Of a DNA stretch of 64,000 bases, positions 13,601-25,300 are shown piece by piece. The position numbers and the translations under genes are program-made. Location of the stretch: the NCBI RefSeq assembly GCF_025526975.1, contig NW_026515674.1, forward strand, positions 868,001 to 932,000. Reading direction: 5' to 3'. The notes beneath the pieces are model-generated. The model had not been told where the DNA came from. It was given only the letters and a program-made list of their open reading frames with translations, and ran no database searches. This DNA is from Fimicolochytrium jonesii (taxonomy: Eukaryota). How positions within the stretch are numbered: the stretch's first letter is position 1; each line of letters starts with the position of its first letter.

Positions 13601-14890
13601 GTGTGTTTTTTTTTCTTTTGGGGGGCGGAAGATATGATACCTTCGTGAATGCCGCGGACAGGATCGCGGAGACGAGTGAGGCGATGCGGAGGAAGATGGG
13701 GTTGCCTCTTGCGGTATGTTCCCCCTCCCGAATGCATGCAAACATCGGACAACGAACACGCGGTGTGCTGACTTTGTGCTAGCGGGCAGCGACCCGCTTC
13801 GACGAAGCCGACGACCCACGAAGCGACAGCGACGGTTTGCCTGGCGACGGTACGCATGCTGTGCCTCCGCGCTTCTATAAGGGACGGTCTTCATCACTGA
13901 TATATGGACTTGGTCGATTGACTCAGGACCCGCACCACCACCCAACACAGTGCAGCAAGAGAAAGACACCTCCGCGCGCAAAGCGACGCCGCCGGTCGTG
14001 CCGCCTACGGGAGCGAGCGAGCAGACGCCGGCGGTGGCGGTGCCGGAGAAGGCGGGGAAGAAGGGGGCTGGTGCGGTAAGTCGTCCTCCCTTATTCTATC
14101 CCTTCTTTGCGATGTGGACAAACGAGTGGTTTTTTTGGGGGGGCCACCCATCTCATCAGTTTTTTCGATATTTTTGTTTTTTTTTCGTTTTCTTATAGGC
14201 CGCGACAGGCAAGGAAACGACCAAAAAAGCGGCTACCTCCGCCGCCGACAAATCCGCCGACAAAGGGAAAGGCAAAGGCGGGGCTAAGGAAGCAGCCGCG
14301 ACCGCAGCGGCCGCGGCGGCGGCGGCTTCCGCACCGGTAGTCCCTGCAGCAACCCCCGTAGCTCCGCCTGCGCAGGCTGTAGCTCGAAAAGGTTGGGGTG
14401 CGGAGGTTTTGATCCGAGGGGTTGGGTGATGGGCCCACTGATGTGTCCTCCTTTTTTTTTTGAAAGTAGAAGTGGAAACGACGGTAACGCATTCACCGCT
14501 CAATCTGTCAAAGCTGATCATCAGGCCGAAGGTGAGCCCCGAAAAATGTCCGGATGCAGGTTAGATGGGGGGCGCGATGTTACCTGGGGTCCTCATGAAC
14601 ATGCCATATGGATACGACAGAAACCGGACTCCACGCGCGGCTGGAGCAAAGAGCGGCGCGCGGGCGAGGAGGCCTATCGGGCTGCGTTTCGCGCTGAGGT
14701 AAATGGAAAATGCACACCTTCAATACACTTCGTTCATCCCGGAGGGGGTGAAGAGTGCAGCGTCGTAATTCATGGTTCTGTTCTCCCCCACCCCCCCCCC
14801 CCCCCCAAGGTCCGACAACTCCTCACGACGGCGATCGATCGCATGTCCACCCTTCTGGGCGACGCTACGTGCGATGTGGAGGCGTTTTGA
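10663..14890 (+). CDS. MYCBPAP: MYCBP-associated protein (MYCBPAP/FAP147-like axonemal protein); many exons, 5' structure uncertain
   Basis: GPRRTRQGRLVGHSLLG, ALKNWQHHSVEW, LTVYNRGTTAVGFEW and QRFFFYYKKGVILPGTAFDFPIIFKSATPG|VFTEIWSLTT match recalled MYCBPAP blocks. GT-AG introns join the listed ORF fragments. Confidence 0.72.
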
Positions 14891-15566
14891 GGTTCGCTGT
14901 GTTTTCCGGGTTGTGGTAGTACATAGAGTTTTGGATCATGGGAAGCTGCTCATCAGAGTCGGTGAAGCCCCTCCCCTGCATGCCGGTGCAATCTGCATAT
15001 GGGGGGACCCTCACATTTTTGGAAACTGCGTGATAGTTTTCCTCATGAAATATATGCCCCCAAACCCAAAAGCTCAAAACGCAGCAAAAAAGAGGCAATT
15101 TCGTGATAAAAAAAAAGATGAGGTTTTTACATCGCCCTTCCCGTCCATGTCTCAACCAACAGCGGCGTGCGTGGATGGGGATGGGGGATGTCAATAAACA
15201 GGTAGAGAGTGGGAGTGTTTGTTTACAATCGGGTGGGAGTGTGGGTGTGACATCCTGGATTGCGGGGTGTTTCTCATGGGGTGTGGTGACTATGGTAGCG
15301 GAGAAGGGTTTTTTTTTTGTTTATACTGGGGTGGGGAAAGTGGGTGGGGGGTTGATTCCGTCCTTGTGAGGGTGGATTGGGTATCAATGAACGTTTTTGT
15401 GTGCACCGCCATGGGGTTTTAGAAAGGGGGTGGGCAGGTGAAAGCGTCCGAATTTTCTTGAGACTGGGTGAATGGGGAACTATCAGTATATGCTCTCACG
15501 ACAGCCGAAATCATAATCCTTGAAGTGCATACCTGTGGGACAAGTGAACGAACGACCTGGCAACTG

Positions 15567-17630
15567 CTAAGCCATCTGCTCAACTCCCTTCCCTTCCTCA
15601 GTAATCTTATGCTGCTCCACCGGTTCCGACTCCGCACCCCCATTCACTCCCGCACCAACACCGCTATCCGGCTCCAACGGCGGATGCGCCTCCTCAGAAG
15701 CCGACTCCAATGCCGCATGTGCAGCAGCCTCAGGCGCATTAGGCACCACGCGCGCAATTTCGACCAACGCCGAGGCGGCTTCGCTCAATGCCGGGGGTAA
15801 GTGGGCGAGATCGGCGGTGGCGCTGTCAGTCTCCATCTCATCCTCGTCCATGGGCGCAGGTTGCTCTTCGCGTTCATGTCCATGTTCGGGTTCGGGTATC
15901 GGGGCGGGGATGAAGATGCCGGGGATGCTTGGGACGTCCATTACGGCGGACCTAAAAAATTCGACGACAGGTTAGTATTTGCAAAGGGAGTGGGAAACTC
16001 CTTTATGGCCGGAGTGGATGACTTACCAACTGTTTACCCCAGGAATCAGCCCAGCAGTCCGAAACACGGAAATAAAGTCCTTAACATTCGGCCCCAGGTA
16101 AAACACAATATAGCTCTCATACGGTGAATGCAGCACCTGCTCTTCCTCGGTATCCATCACGCCATCTCCGTTTTCAGAGAGGGTGGAGAACGGGCGAGGG
16201 TGTGCGCGGTAGGTCGGCTCGTTGTTGTTGGGTAAGATGCAGTACGGGTGTTGCAATATCGGGGTGAACCAGTCCGCTCCAAACTCGGCTTTCATGAGGA
16301 ACAGGCCTTCGGAGAACTCCTTGTTGGCGAACTTCGTGAAGATGACTTCTAGGAGTCGCTCCAGGCCGCACACGTATGAGATCTGACGCACCGATGGGGA
16401 TGCGCCGCTGTAGATCATGGTCGTGGAGAAAGGTCGGATGCCGCATAGGTTGCACCACAGGCGACCGGGCCATGGTTTGCCTTCTGCGTCTTTGAAGTCT
16501 TGGATCGTTTGCAGCACGACGTCGAAACGCTGATTGCCGATAACAGACATGCAGAGCTCGTAGATGACGCCATCGCTGAAGGGTATCCGTGGACGCGCAT
16601 TGTCCGCGTTCACCTCTGCGGACTCGTCTGGAGATGCGTCCATTGGCGGGGATAGGAGGACAGGAACGACATCGGGGGCGGCCAATGATAACGGCGGAGG
16701 AGCGGAAACAGCGCGGAAGTCGTTGCGATGGGGCGAGGGCTTGTGTTTGATGGGACTGTCGTTATGCTTTTTGCGGGGAGATACGTGGTAGTCCGAGTCA
16801 TCGTCTTCTTCCCGACTCCGTTTCTTCCCGCTGGCTGTCCGGCGGGTGGCCCGTTTCCCTTCGTCACCTGCTGACAATGACTTGCGAGGTGTAGATTTCG
16901 CAGATGCCTTCCGCGTTCGTGTAGGTGGCTCGGCCTTGGGTTCGCTGAACACGCTTGCTTGGTCTTGCGAAAGAGGGGTCAGGTCTGATAATGATCTGTC
17001 GATATTCGTGATCTCACTCTTGGTGTCGTCTTGGTCGCCGTTGGATGTTACTCGAGACTTGGGGACCTTCAGGTTGTTTTTCTCCAAGAAGTGTTCGAGG
17101 AACGCAGTGGTGATGACTCCGTTAGGTGCATTCGTACACACATCGATCCAGGTATCCACGAGCTTTTTGGCCGGAACCTTGGATAGCAACTGGCAATGTG
17201 ATTGGTACATTGGCGGTCGGAATTGCGCAGGTAGCTTTGAGGCAATGTCGGAGTATATCCGGTATGAGATGATGTATTCGTATGTCGTCGATTTCGAGAA
17301 TCCAAGTTGGGCCTTCGTCCATTCCAGAAACTCCTTTTGTGTCTTCATCCGCTTTTGCTCGTAGTACACCTCGTGAAGGGTTTGTCCGATGACCACAAAG
17401 GACGACACGTTCTTTGTTTCGTTCAGAATCTTGTGCTTGTGTTCGTCCAGGGCCTTCAGGTCGGCCTCGCCCATTGAAAGTGGCCGTTTCCATGTTTCAG
17501 GTTTGGGCTCAACATTCTTCTTCTTGGAGGCTTTCTTCCCAGCACTCTTGCCGCTGCTCTCCGCAGACGATGGTCGTCTACCAACAGCTTCCTTCTCAGG
17601 TGACGGTAGAGCTTGAGGTACCTCTCCCAT
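15567..17630 (-). CDS. ParB-like HTH fused to a Dam-type DNA N6-adenine methyltransferase fold, probably catalytically inactive; 2 coding exons (intron 16026-15952)
   Basis: N-terminal SFVVIGQTLHEV…KEFLEWTKAQLGFSKSTTYEYI…QSHCQLLSKV…DTWIDVCTNAPNGVIT resembles phage/cyanobacterial HTH modules. C-terminal KPWPGRLWCNLCG…GLFLMKAEFGADWFTPILQHPYCIL…SYIVFYLGPNVKDFISVFRTAG resembles phage Dam (PF05869-type). First in-frame ATG is at 17630; a probable 5'UTR intron lies at 17768-17706. Confidence 0.75.
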
Positions 17631-19025
17631 ATTTAAGGTGTTAACACTTTCCTGACTGCGAGGAGATGATGGAGCTGGTGATGGGGGATCACTCGAAACT
17701 GTCACCTAAGCATTAGACATGCTGCGACGGCGAAAGAAAAGATAACCCAAAACTTGACAATACTATACCTTTCTTCTTCCGTCTGCGAGCCTTTTCCTTA
17801 TTCTGCTGCCCAGAGTCGGTGCCCTCTAATTTGACTTTCAACAAGTGGCTGCGCGACTTTTGCAATGCCAACAACTGACCAGCTGCGTGGACCTCGCTCG
17901 GCGCAAGCACAGTCTCGCTGCCAATTCCGTCGAATGCGATTTGCTCCGCTGACTCGGAGGTTTGCGAGAACGCAACTCCCTCGTTGGTCGCACTACTCTC
18001 GATTTCCCAAAGACTAGTACTGGTTCGTTCGGTAGAAGCAAAAGATGGTTGTGAGTGTAGCGCCAGAAGGCTTTGCGCGGCGTCGTCCGGAGGAAGGGGA
18101 AGGTCGTCGGTGGAGGAAATTGTGGCGAGTAGCTGAGGTATAGTGAAAGAAACTCTTTTCGCCCGGTGGAAGGAAGCCCAAGGGAGACGGTTGGACGGCT
18201 AGGGAACTCGATGGGCAGACTACTCGACGAAGAGCAAGGAAAATAACTTGCTTGCACCAGCGGAAAGGACTAGGTTGAGGTTAGGCCAATAAGGTAGCAG
18301 TTGCCTATCATAAGTAAGCGTGATGTGAGCATTAAAGTTGCATGTATACAGCCCTCGCGGCGTCCGGCGGAGAGTTTCCTGACCAAGTGACGCGCAGGAC
18401 CAACAATCACCGACCCTTCGAGAGAACTCACAGTTGGCGGCACTGCCTTGGGGAGCGAAGAAGCAATGGACTATGCTGACGAACGGTGGGAAAATGTCAC
18501 TGGCGGGACCCAAGCGATGAGAAAAAGCCCTATGTCCAGACAGGCGGACACGGAGGACCGTTTTCTGCTCTTGGTTGTTTGTATGAGGGCGGGCAGGAGG
18601 CAGCCTCTTGGCGACAGCGTATGAGGGAGGGGTATGAGGGGTTGGGTGACGTTTCTGAGTACGTAGTGAAGCAAGCCCCGGACGAGATGTCCGAACGTAC
18701 AGTACAGTCGAAAAAGGGGGGGGTTTGGTTGTTGTGGTGGCTGCCCTTTGTGCGCCGTTCGTTTGCTGGCTGGCTGGCTGGCTGGCCCTCGCCGGAAAGG
18801 GCAGCAGCGACTTTGCGTGTCCAGAAATCGGACGCCTCATGTGGCGCAGGACTCCCTCGCGGTCGGACCCCCCTCACCAGTTTATTGGAGACACGTGAGG
18901 TCATGCATGGCACCTTGCATCTCAGCTGATGGACAGAAAGATAGGGACGACATGGGACGTAAGCTCACGTCAAACCCGACGACCTGGTCTGGCAGCATTT
19001 CTGGAAGACGTATAAATCTCCTGCC

Positions 19026-20005
19026 TTGAAATCCGACGAACTTCATCATGGGTCTTCGGCACCGCAGCGAACTATCACAGCATTGAACGATTTCGGTTTT
19101 GATGCGGAGATCGCCGTTGCGTTCCGCGCTTGGATCGGCGACGAAGGTTTCCAGGTAGACATCCTTGTGAACTGGATCGTATTGTTTCTGTCGGGGGGTA
19201 TGATGGAAACCGTTGTCAGGGCTTTCCCTTCCAGCCGGAAGTTACTCGGCAATGGTGCCACGATTTGGAGCTCCGCGTACCCTTTTAGAATATGGTAGAT
19301 ATGCCGTCGGCAAGTGGCGCCGACAGCAAATGGACAACCTGAACGATATTCTCCAAGCTCATTGGCAGTTTGCGGCAGTCGCGACCACCGCTGCAGGCGG
19401 CACAGCCGAGTATGAGCTTTTCTTCCACGCGTGTAGTCGAATATAGGCAATCCGATCTGGTGGCCAAAACGCCACTCTCATGCGTCAGTTCCACGGTGCA
19501 CACGATTTTGGCCTTCTGGAACAAACCGCTTTCTACGTTACACCCTCGTTGACCTCAGCAATGAACTGGGCAGAGGCGCATGTTACCGGAGCTCGACAAA
19601 TGTATTGGAATGGGCAGGGGCCCGTCCTGGTCTTCCTCGGAAACCGCAGATTTGCCGTCCGACGTCCATCTCCTGGACGATGACTGGAAGACGGCGGTAG
19701 CCAGTTGCCGTCGAGGAGAGGTAACCGACGTCGCTGCGCACGGATTTTCACGCGGCGACCAGCTTCGAACTGTCAGGAGCGTATACCGAGCCCGTAGCCT
19801 CAGAGACGCGAAAAGCGCTGTCCGCCCGCACGCTCCGCCGCTTGCTCATGCCTGCGTGAAAAGCCCGGAAACAGATGCTGTGTTCCGTCGTGCATTGACC
19901 GGAGTCATCTCCATGGAGAGGGGACAGCTGGACTGGTTCCTGGTCTGGGACGCCCACCCACCCTGTCCGCTTAAATGCCCTTCTATTCTGTTCCGCCTAG
20001 CCTAA
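19026..20005 (+). pseudogene. Disrupted DUF3990-like / ADP-ribosyltransferase-fold gene
   Basis: LFFHAC…(TAG 19444-19446)…HDFGLLEQTAFYVTPSLTSAMNWA…PVLVF, then a frame change near 19635 to VHLLDDDWKTAVASCRRG…HACVKS…FRRALTGVI. The motif order H / DFG-x-FY / A-x-x-WA / W…V…R / C-x-KS matches DUF3990-like proteins as recalled. Confidence 0.5.
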
Positions 20006-21384
20006 TAGATGGGCAAATTCAAGCGGACAGGGCGGGTGGGCGTCGAATACACTACTGGCCCCTCACTGAAGTCGTCTACTTTAGTTCTAAAGAATACGGC
20101 GTAGGATGTTCAACCTATGCTCCCCTCGCCTTTACATACAGCCGTAGCGCATACCCTCATTCTGGTCATACAGTCATTTAGTATGAATTGCATGCAACTG
20201 CTTTCTCTCGCTTTGCTCTCCCGCCTCATTGGGCATGAGCGCAGTGCACATTTGACATCTTGGCAGCTGGTGCTTCCGACGAGGTCACGGCTCATTTTAA
20301 AGCTGAGCTTAGATCTGACAGCTCACCTAAGCCGCTGTCGAGCACGAGGGCACCGTGGGCCAGCTCCCCGGGTGCGATCCACGGTAAGCGCACACTTCTG
20401 GAGGTCCGAGGGACGAGCCTCGGTAACCGCCATTTTTGAACATGGAGATCGGACTTGATCGCCATAATCGGGTATTGAGTTCATAGTCAAATTGTTGGGA
20501 ATATCCTTGTACTTTCCGCTGATGAATCGAAGCGATACTGATACCATATTTGCAGAGTAAACGATGGGCCTGTCATCACTGATCAGGGTCCAGGGAGGGC
20601 CGTCCGCTGCCGAGGCTTCTGGAGCGACGGCGGCGAGCGGAATTTCGGAGCCTACCGTGGTGGTAGCGCCTACTAGCGCGAGACTGTAAACATGATGGAT
20701 ATGAATGTGTGCTTCATGTTACCCGTGGTACAGCCCCGCTGCGTCCGCCTGGATGAAGGCGAGACCTTCTCTCGGAAGTTATGCAAATCTTCTTCTTCAT
20801 GATACAGTATGGATTAATTGTCAGTTCGAAAGTATCCGCCCACGTTGTGCGCTTGAACTTGTTGAAAACTCGAAAAGAGGTGCCTCACAACCTTTTCGTG
20901 CCGTTGGTTGGCCGCACATAGTAGTCTGCCAGAGGCTGTTTCCCAGCGGCAAAGGCCAACATCGCGCCCCTCCCCAACTGCATACTTCGTGAGTGAATAC
21001 CTACCGCTGTGGACGGTGTGTGCCAAGGCCTTAATATAATATATCTCGTGCATCGCCGGTTCGCGAACCAAGGAAGGGCACCATTGGCCGTGGGAACATT
21101 CGCATTTCGGCCCCCTCGACTCTCTATTACACTATTTACGTGTCGGCAAGCAAGACGAGAGGCTGGTCGTTTTGCAAGACTTATATCGCGTAGGGAACGG
21201 CAGCAACGCATTCCTAGCGTCGTCGGAGGTGGTGAAAGACAATTCCCTCGGAAACTGTGCGCCATTCCGGATAAAGGTCTCGTTGGAAACTGTGCCCAGC
21301 CAAACACTTCTGGGGCGCAGGAGAGCTAAAACTGGGAAAGCTCCAAGTATATGGCGAGCGAGTGGAGGTGAACAAAGAAGTTCT

Positions 21385-24215
21385 ATGGATAATGATAAGA
21401 ACATGGGCGAACGACGCAGCTGGCAAAGCTCCCGACGGCGATATGACTCGATATCAGACGATACAGACTCGGATTCCTCCCGGTCGCATAAAAGAACGAG
21501 GAAAACATATGACTCGGACTCGTAAGTGCCTTCATTCTCCTGATGCTCTCATTATGAGAGCCTTGCTTAATGAAAACTTCTTGCTATCCCGATCATAGCA
21601 TCTCCTCCAGTTCGAGCTCTTACATCTCCAGAAGAAGATCTAGATCTCGGTCTGTGTTATCCAGCATATCCCAGTCGTCATCAGGGATCTTGTCGTCCGC
21701 GGACGATTCGCTATCCGATTCCGAGACATCGATAACATCGGAGGAGCGTCGAGACCGACGCAAATCCAGCAGCCGAGAATCGTACGATCGCTCGCGACGA
21801 ACATCACAGAAGGTGACACCGTCGCCTGAGGAAGTACGTCACAGATCACATTCTGCACCACTGGCCGGCCTACACCCGGTGCCGATACCAGCGGAGGCGG
21901 TAGAGAACTTCCCATCCCCAGTCTTGGAACCGGAACCCTCCGTTGCGCATCCAACAGATGAAGCGTTGGACGCCAGCAGGAAGGGTCTCGCGCAGAACCT
22001 CCGCACGACGCACGCGGTATTGATGCAGTACGGCCTCCTGAACGCCGACGGACTCCCATTTCCCATTTCCTCCGAAAACCTCGCACAGTATATCGATATC
22101 CAGTCCGAGCGAATGGGACGGGGCGAGATACAGCTCTCGTCACTGAAATGGTACCTCCACTCCATGCGTCGCATGCACATTGAGAATGGGTGGGAGTGGG
22201 ACGGGGTTCGCAAGACAAGTTTGGTGGTTGCGGCTTGGGAAACGGCCAAAAAGCTCTCGCATCAGGGAAAGCGAATTCGCGCGATGCAGGGCGCCCCTCC
22301 ACGAAAGCGGGGGAAGAAGGGCAGTCTGAATGACGTGAATGCGCCGCCGTTGAAGCCGGAGCCTGTTCGTTTGTCAGCTCCATCTGCCTCCTTGGACATC
22401 CCCGGTTCTTCCGGTACCCCGACCGAAAGGGCTAGGAAACTAGCTCAGCTCGGTACCCTCGTTGCCCGAGACGAAATTACCACAGTGCCTGCCGCCGGGT
22501 CCACTGTTAAAACGAAAGGGCGGTCGAAGGATGCACTATCTCGGCTGGCCGAGGAGGAACGTCCGATCGATGTTGGGCAGCCTGTGCCGCATAAGCACAC
22601 TCCTACCACCTCCGGCGGCAGTTCGTTGCTTTCTGATGGGGACGACGTCGCGGGGAGTGGCTCGGACGTGACCAGCGAGGACGGGGATCACACGACACGT
22701 ACCGGGCCTGCTGGAACCGATCCGTCTCCGCGATCGAAACATATAGGCCTTCCATCCGACTCCGTTACGATGCCAAGGGGTGTCAAATTATGGAATCGAC
22801 GAGATGGCAGCGCGAAGGATGCAGCGCCTGGTTCCGCTTACCCTCCACGCGCCCCGTCTGCGTCTCCTGGGAGAAGGTCGAAAGGCACGATGCAGAGCCT
22901 GACGGATAGGCCGGTGCTCTCACACCGTGCTTCGTCGAAGGGAGATGGTGAGCGTCCCGCTGTAGCCGGCAGATACATGCCCGATCACATGGAGTTCTCA
23001 AGCAGGCACGGGAGTTTCGATTATGCCCATCGGACGGGTTTTGAAGAAGATGATGGGAAAGGTGCGAGAAGAGGAGGGTTCCCATATCCTTCCATTCTCC
23101 TTGGGAAGCGCAGCAGTTCCTCATTCGACCAATCCATACCGGGAATCTGCAACGACGAACTGGACGCCATCATCCGAGAAGCACGCAGCTCGCTGGACAC
23201 CTGGAGTCGCGAATCCGGAACAACGTCCCGATCTCGCACGCGGAGTGGCGCGGAAAGCCGGTCGGGTTCAGCTCGACCTTGGTTGCCCAGAGCGCAAGGC
23301 TACTCCCCTTACCCCTACTACTCCCAGCCTGACGTGTCACCCTCAAACGACGTGGGAGCATCAGATACAGGCGAATCGCACAGACGGCCCACCTCGTCGT
23401 CTGACGCGCGACCAACCCCCTACTCCCACCCGAATCATTACGATCCGGCTGCGTGGCGAAACCCTTACCCATATTCGCACCCTTACGCGCCCCCACACCA
23501 CCCGTACCCACAGGAACACCGACCTCCACTCCACTCGGAAATCAGCGCCGGAAGCAACTCCACAGGCGTCACGTCGCAAGACAGTGTCGTCTTTCCGCAG
23601 GGTGAGGTGGACACGCGGCGGCCCCACGACCCCGTCCGACGATACTCAATGCGCAGCGATTCGCCGCACAGTCCGTCCTCGACACGCCGACGCAGCTCCT
23701 TTGGATGGCCCCCGCAGGACGGAAACGCGCACCCTTATTACCCGTACCCTCACTACGGGCACGGATACCTCCCGCCTCCACCTCCGCCGGGATGGCCGTC
23801 GTACCCACCGCCCACTGCTTCTGGGCACTACCCAGGCCCGCACCCGCCTTGGCCGTCGGACTATGACGGTCGAGGACATGTTGAAGAGAGAGACGGCGGA
23901 CACGGTCACGACGAAACAATGCTGAACCGCGCCCCCTCTGTCCGAAGCGCACCGAGGCCGAGTCCCGATAAGCAGGCCCAACGATACGCTCAACCACAGA
24001 AAACGGGTTCCGAGCCCAAGGACATACTACTCCTCCCGCCGGCCATAATCCCAAAGAAACGCGGGCGGCCCTCAAAGAAGGACCTGGCGGAACGGGAGAG
24101 GAATCAGGCGTTGGGTGTTGTTCCGGCGGCTGTGAAGCGGAAGCCGGGAAGGCCAAGGAAACATCCACCGGTGGAGTTTCATGAGGGTGGGGGTGAGGGC
24201 GTGGGGATGGACTGA
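21385..24215 (+). CDS. Largely disordered nuclear protein with a tyrosine-recombinase core-binding (SAM-like)-type domain and two C-terminal AT-hooks; intron 21522-21598
   Basis: Phase-consistent GTAAGT…CATAG intron. The only globular block is FPISSENLAQYIDIQ…GEIQLSSLKWYLHSMRRMHIENGWEWDGVR (about 21987-22260). AT-hooks KRGRPSKK and KPGRPRK are at about 24054-24161. Confidence 0.72.
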
Positions 24216-25300
24216 GGAGTAGTGAGGAGAGGAGGTGTATAATCATTGTGAGCCTCATAGAATGGTGGCGTTATGAACGTCTGTCTGAAATACAAATACT
24301 GTTGCTGCCTAGTTCGTTTGCGATCACACAGGGGCCGGGTTCGCCTCTTCCATAACAGGATTGGCTGTGCTTTGCAAGTGCCAAGTTTCCAGCAGTCCAT
24401 ATTTGCTGGATTGGGACTGGGGCGATATTTCGTTGAGACGCGTCGCGTAGCTCGAGCGGGTGCGTTGAGGCGGGGACCAACATCTCGCCCGTAGGCATAA
24501 GCTTGGTGCACGACCCAATGACAGGTGCTTCACTGTTTCCTGTACGCTATTTAGAGGAATCGCACTGACCTTCCAGGTGATGCGATTTGAGTTCGTGCCT
24601 TCCTGCAGAGACGCAGGGTTCGAGTGCCTGGCCATTCGGAGATGCAGATGGAAAGGCTTGATGAACATAGCTGTCTGCGTCTGACCATTTTCTTTAGCAT
24701 TAAATGCAGATGAGGGAGCGGGAGAAGAAACTGCATGTGCATCTACGAGAGTATACGCTTCACCCTGAAGTGGTACCAACCTTCGACGAGTTTCTCAGAC
24801 TTGTCTGTCGCCGCAACAATCAGAAAGAAGCAGCAGAAAAAACAGGAAGCGACGCATTGACAGTCGTGTTGTCGAAACTGCTGGAGGGCGCGGGGTGACC
24901 TCCGCCTTTTCTCGCCTTTCTCGCAGCCCCCATTCTCGCACACGGACCTCTTCCGTCCGCGCTCTCGACATCGACCCAAGATCGTCTATACTAACCCCAA
25001 CTTCAGCCAATAGAGGCTAGACCCTCAGAGAGAGGGAGAGCATAGCTGTTTCCCGAGTGCGCACGTCCTGTTCAACCTGACAACGACTGTAGCCCAATTG
25101 CCGGAGTCGTCTAAGTTTCACTCAGACTTCCAGTTGTCCGAGACAATAAGCTACCTGGTGAGCGTCGCCAGCAGCGCTGAAGAGAGAGCGCTACGCTTCT
25201 TCTGGACGAATCTGGGTCGCTTCAGTTACTAATGCCTTCGCTTTTCCAGTGATAAGGATCGGAGGACGGACCGCGTATCCAATTCTCCCACGTAGCAGCC

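Noticed and set aside
20200..21100. Protein-like fragments on the minus strand (NFREGLAFIQADAAGLYHG, DDRPIVYSANMVSVSLRFISGKY)
   Set aside because: Interrupted by stops and not assignable to a family; insufficient support for a pseudogene call.
15567..24215. Idea that the Dam-like gene and the recombinase-like domain are remains of one DIRS retroelement (DIRS elements encode both)
   Set aside because: No reverse transcriptase, RNase H, gag or terminal repeats were seen. The genes are on opposite strands, and the Dam-like protein has a phage-type HTH fusion rather than DIRS architecture.
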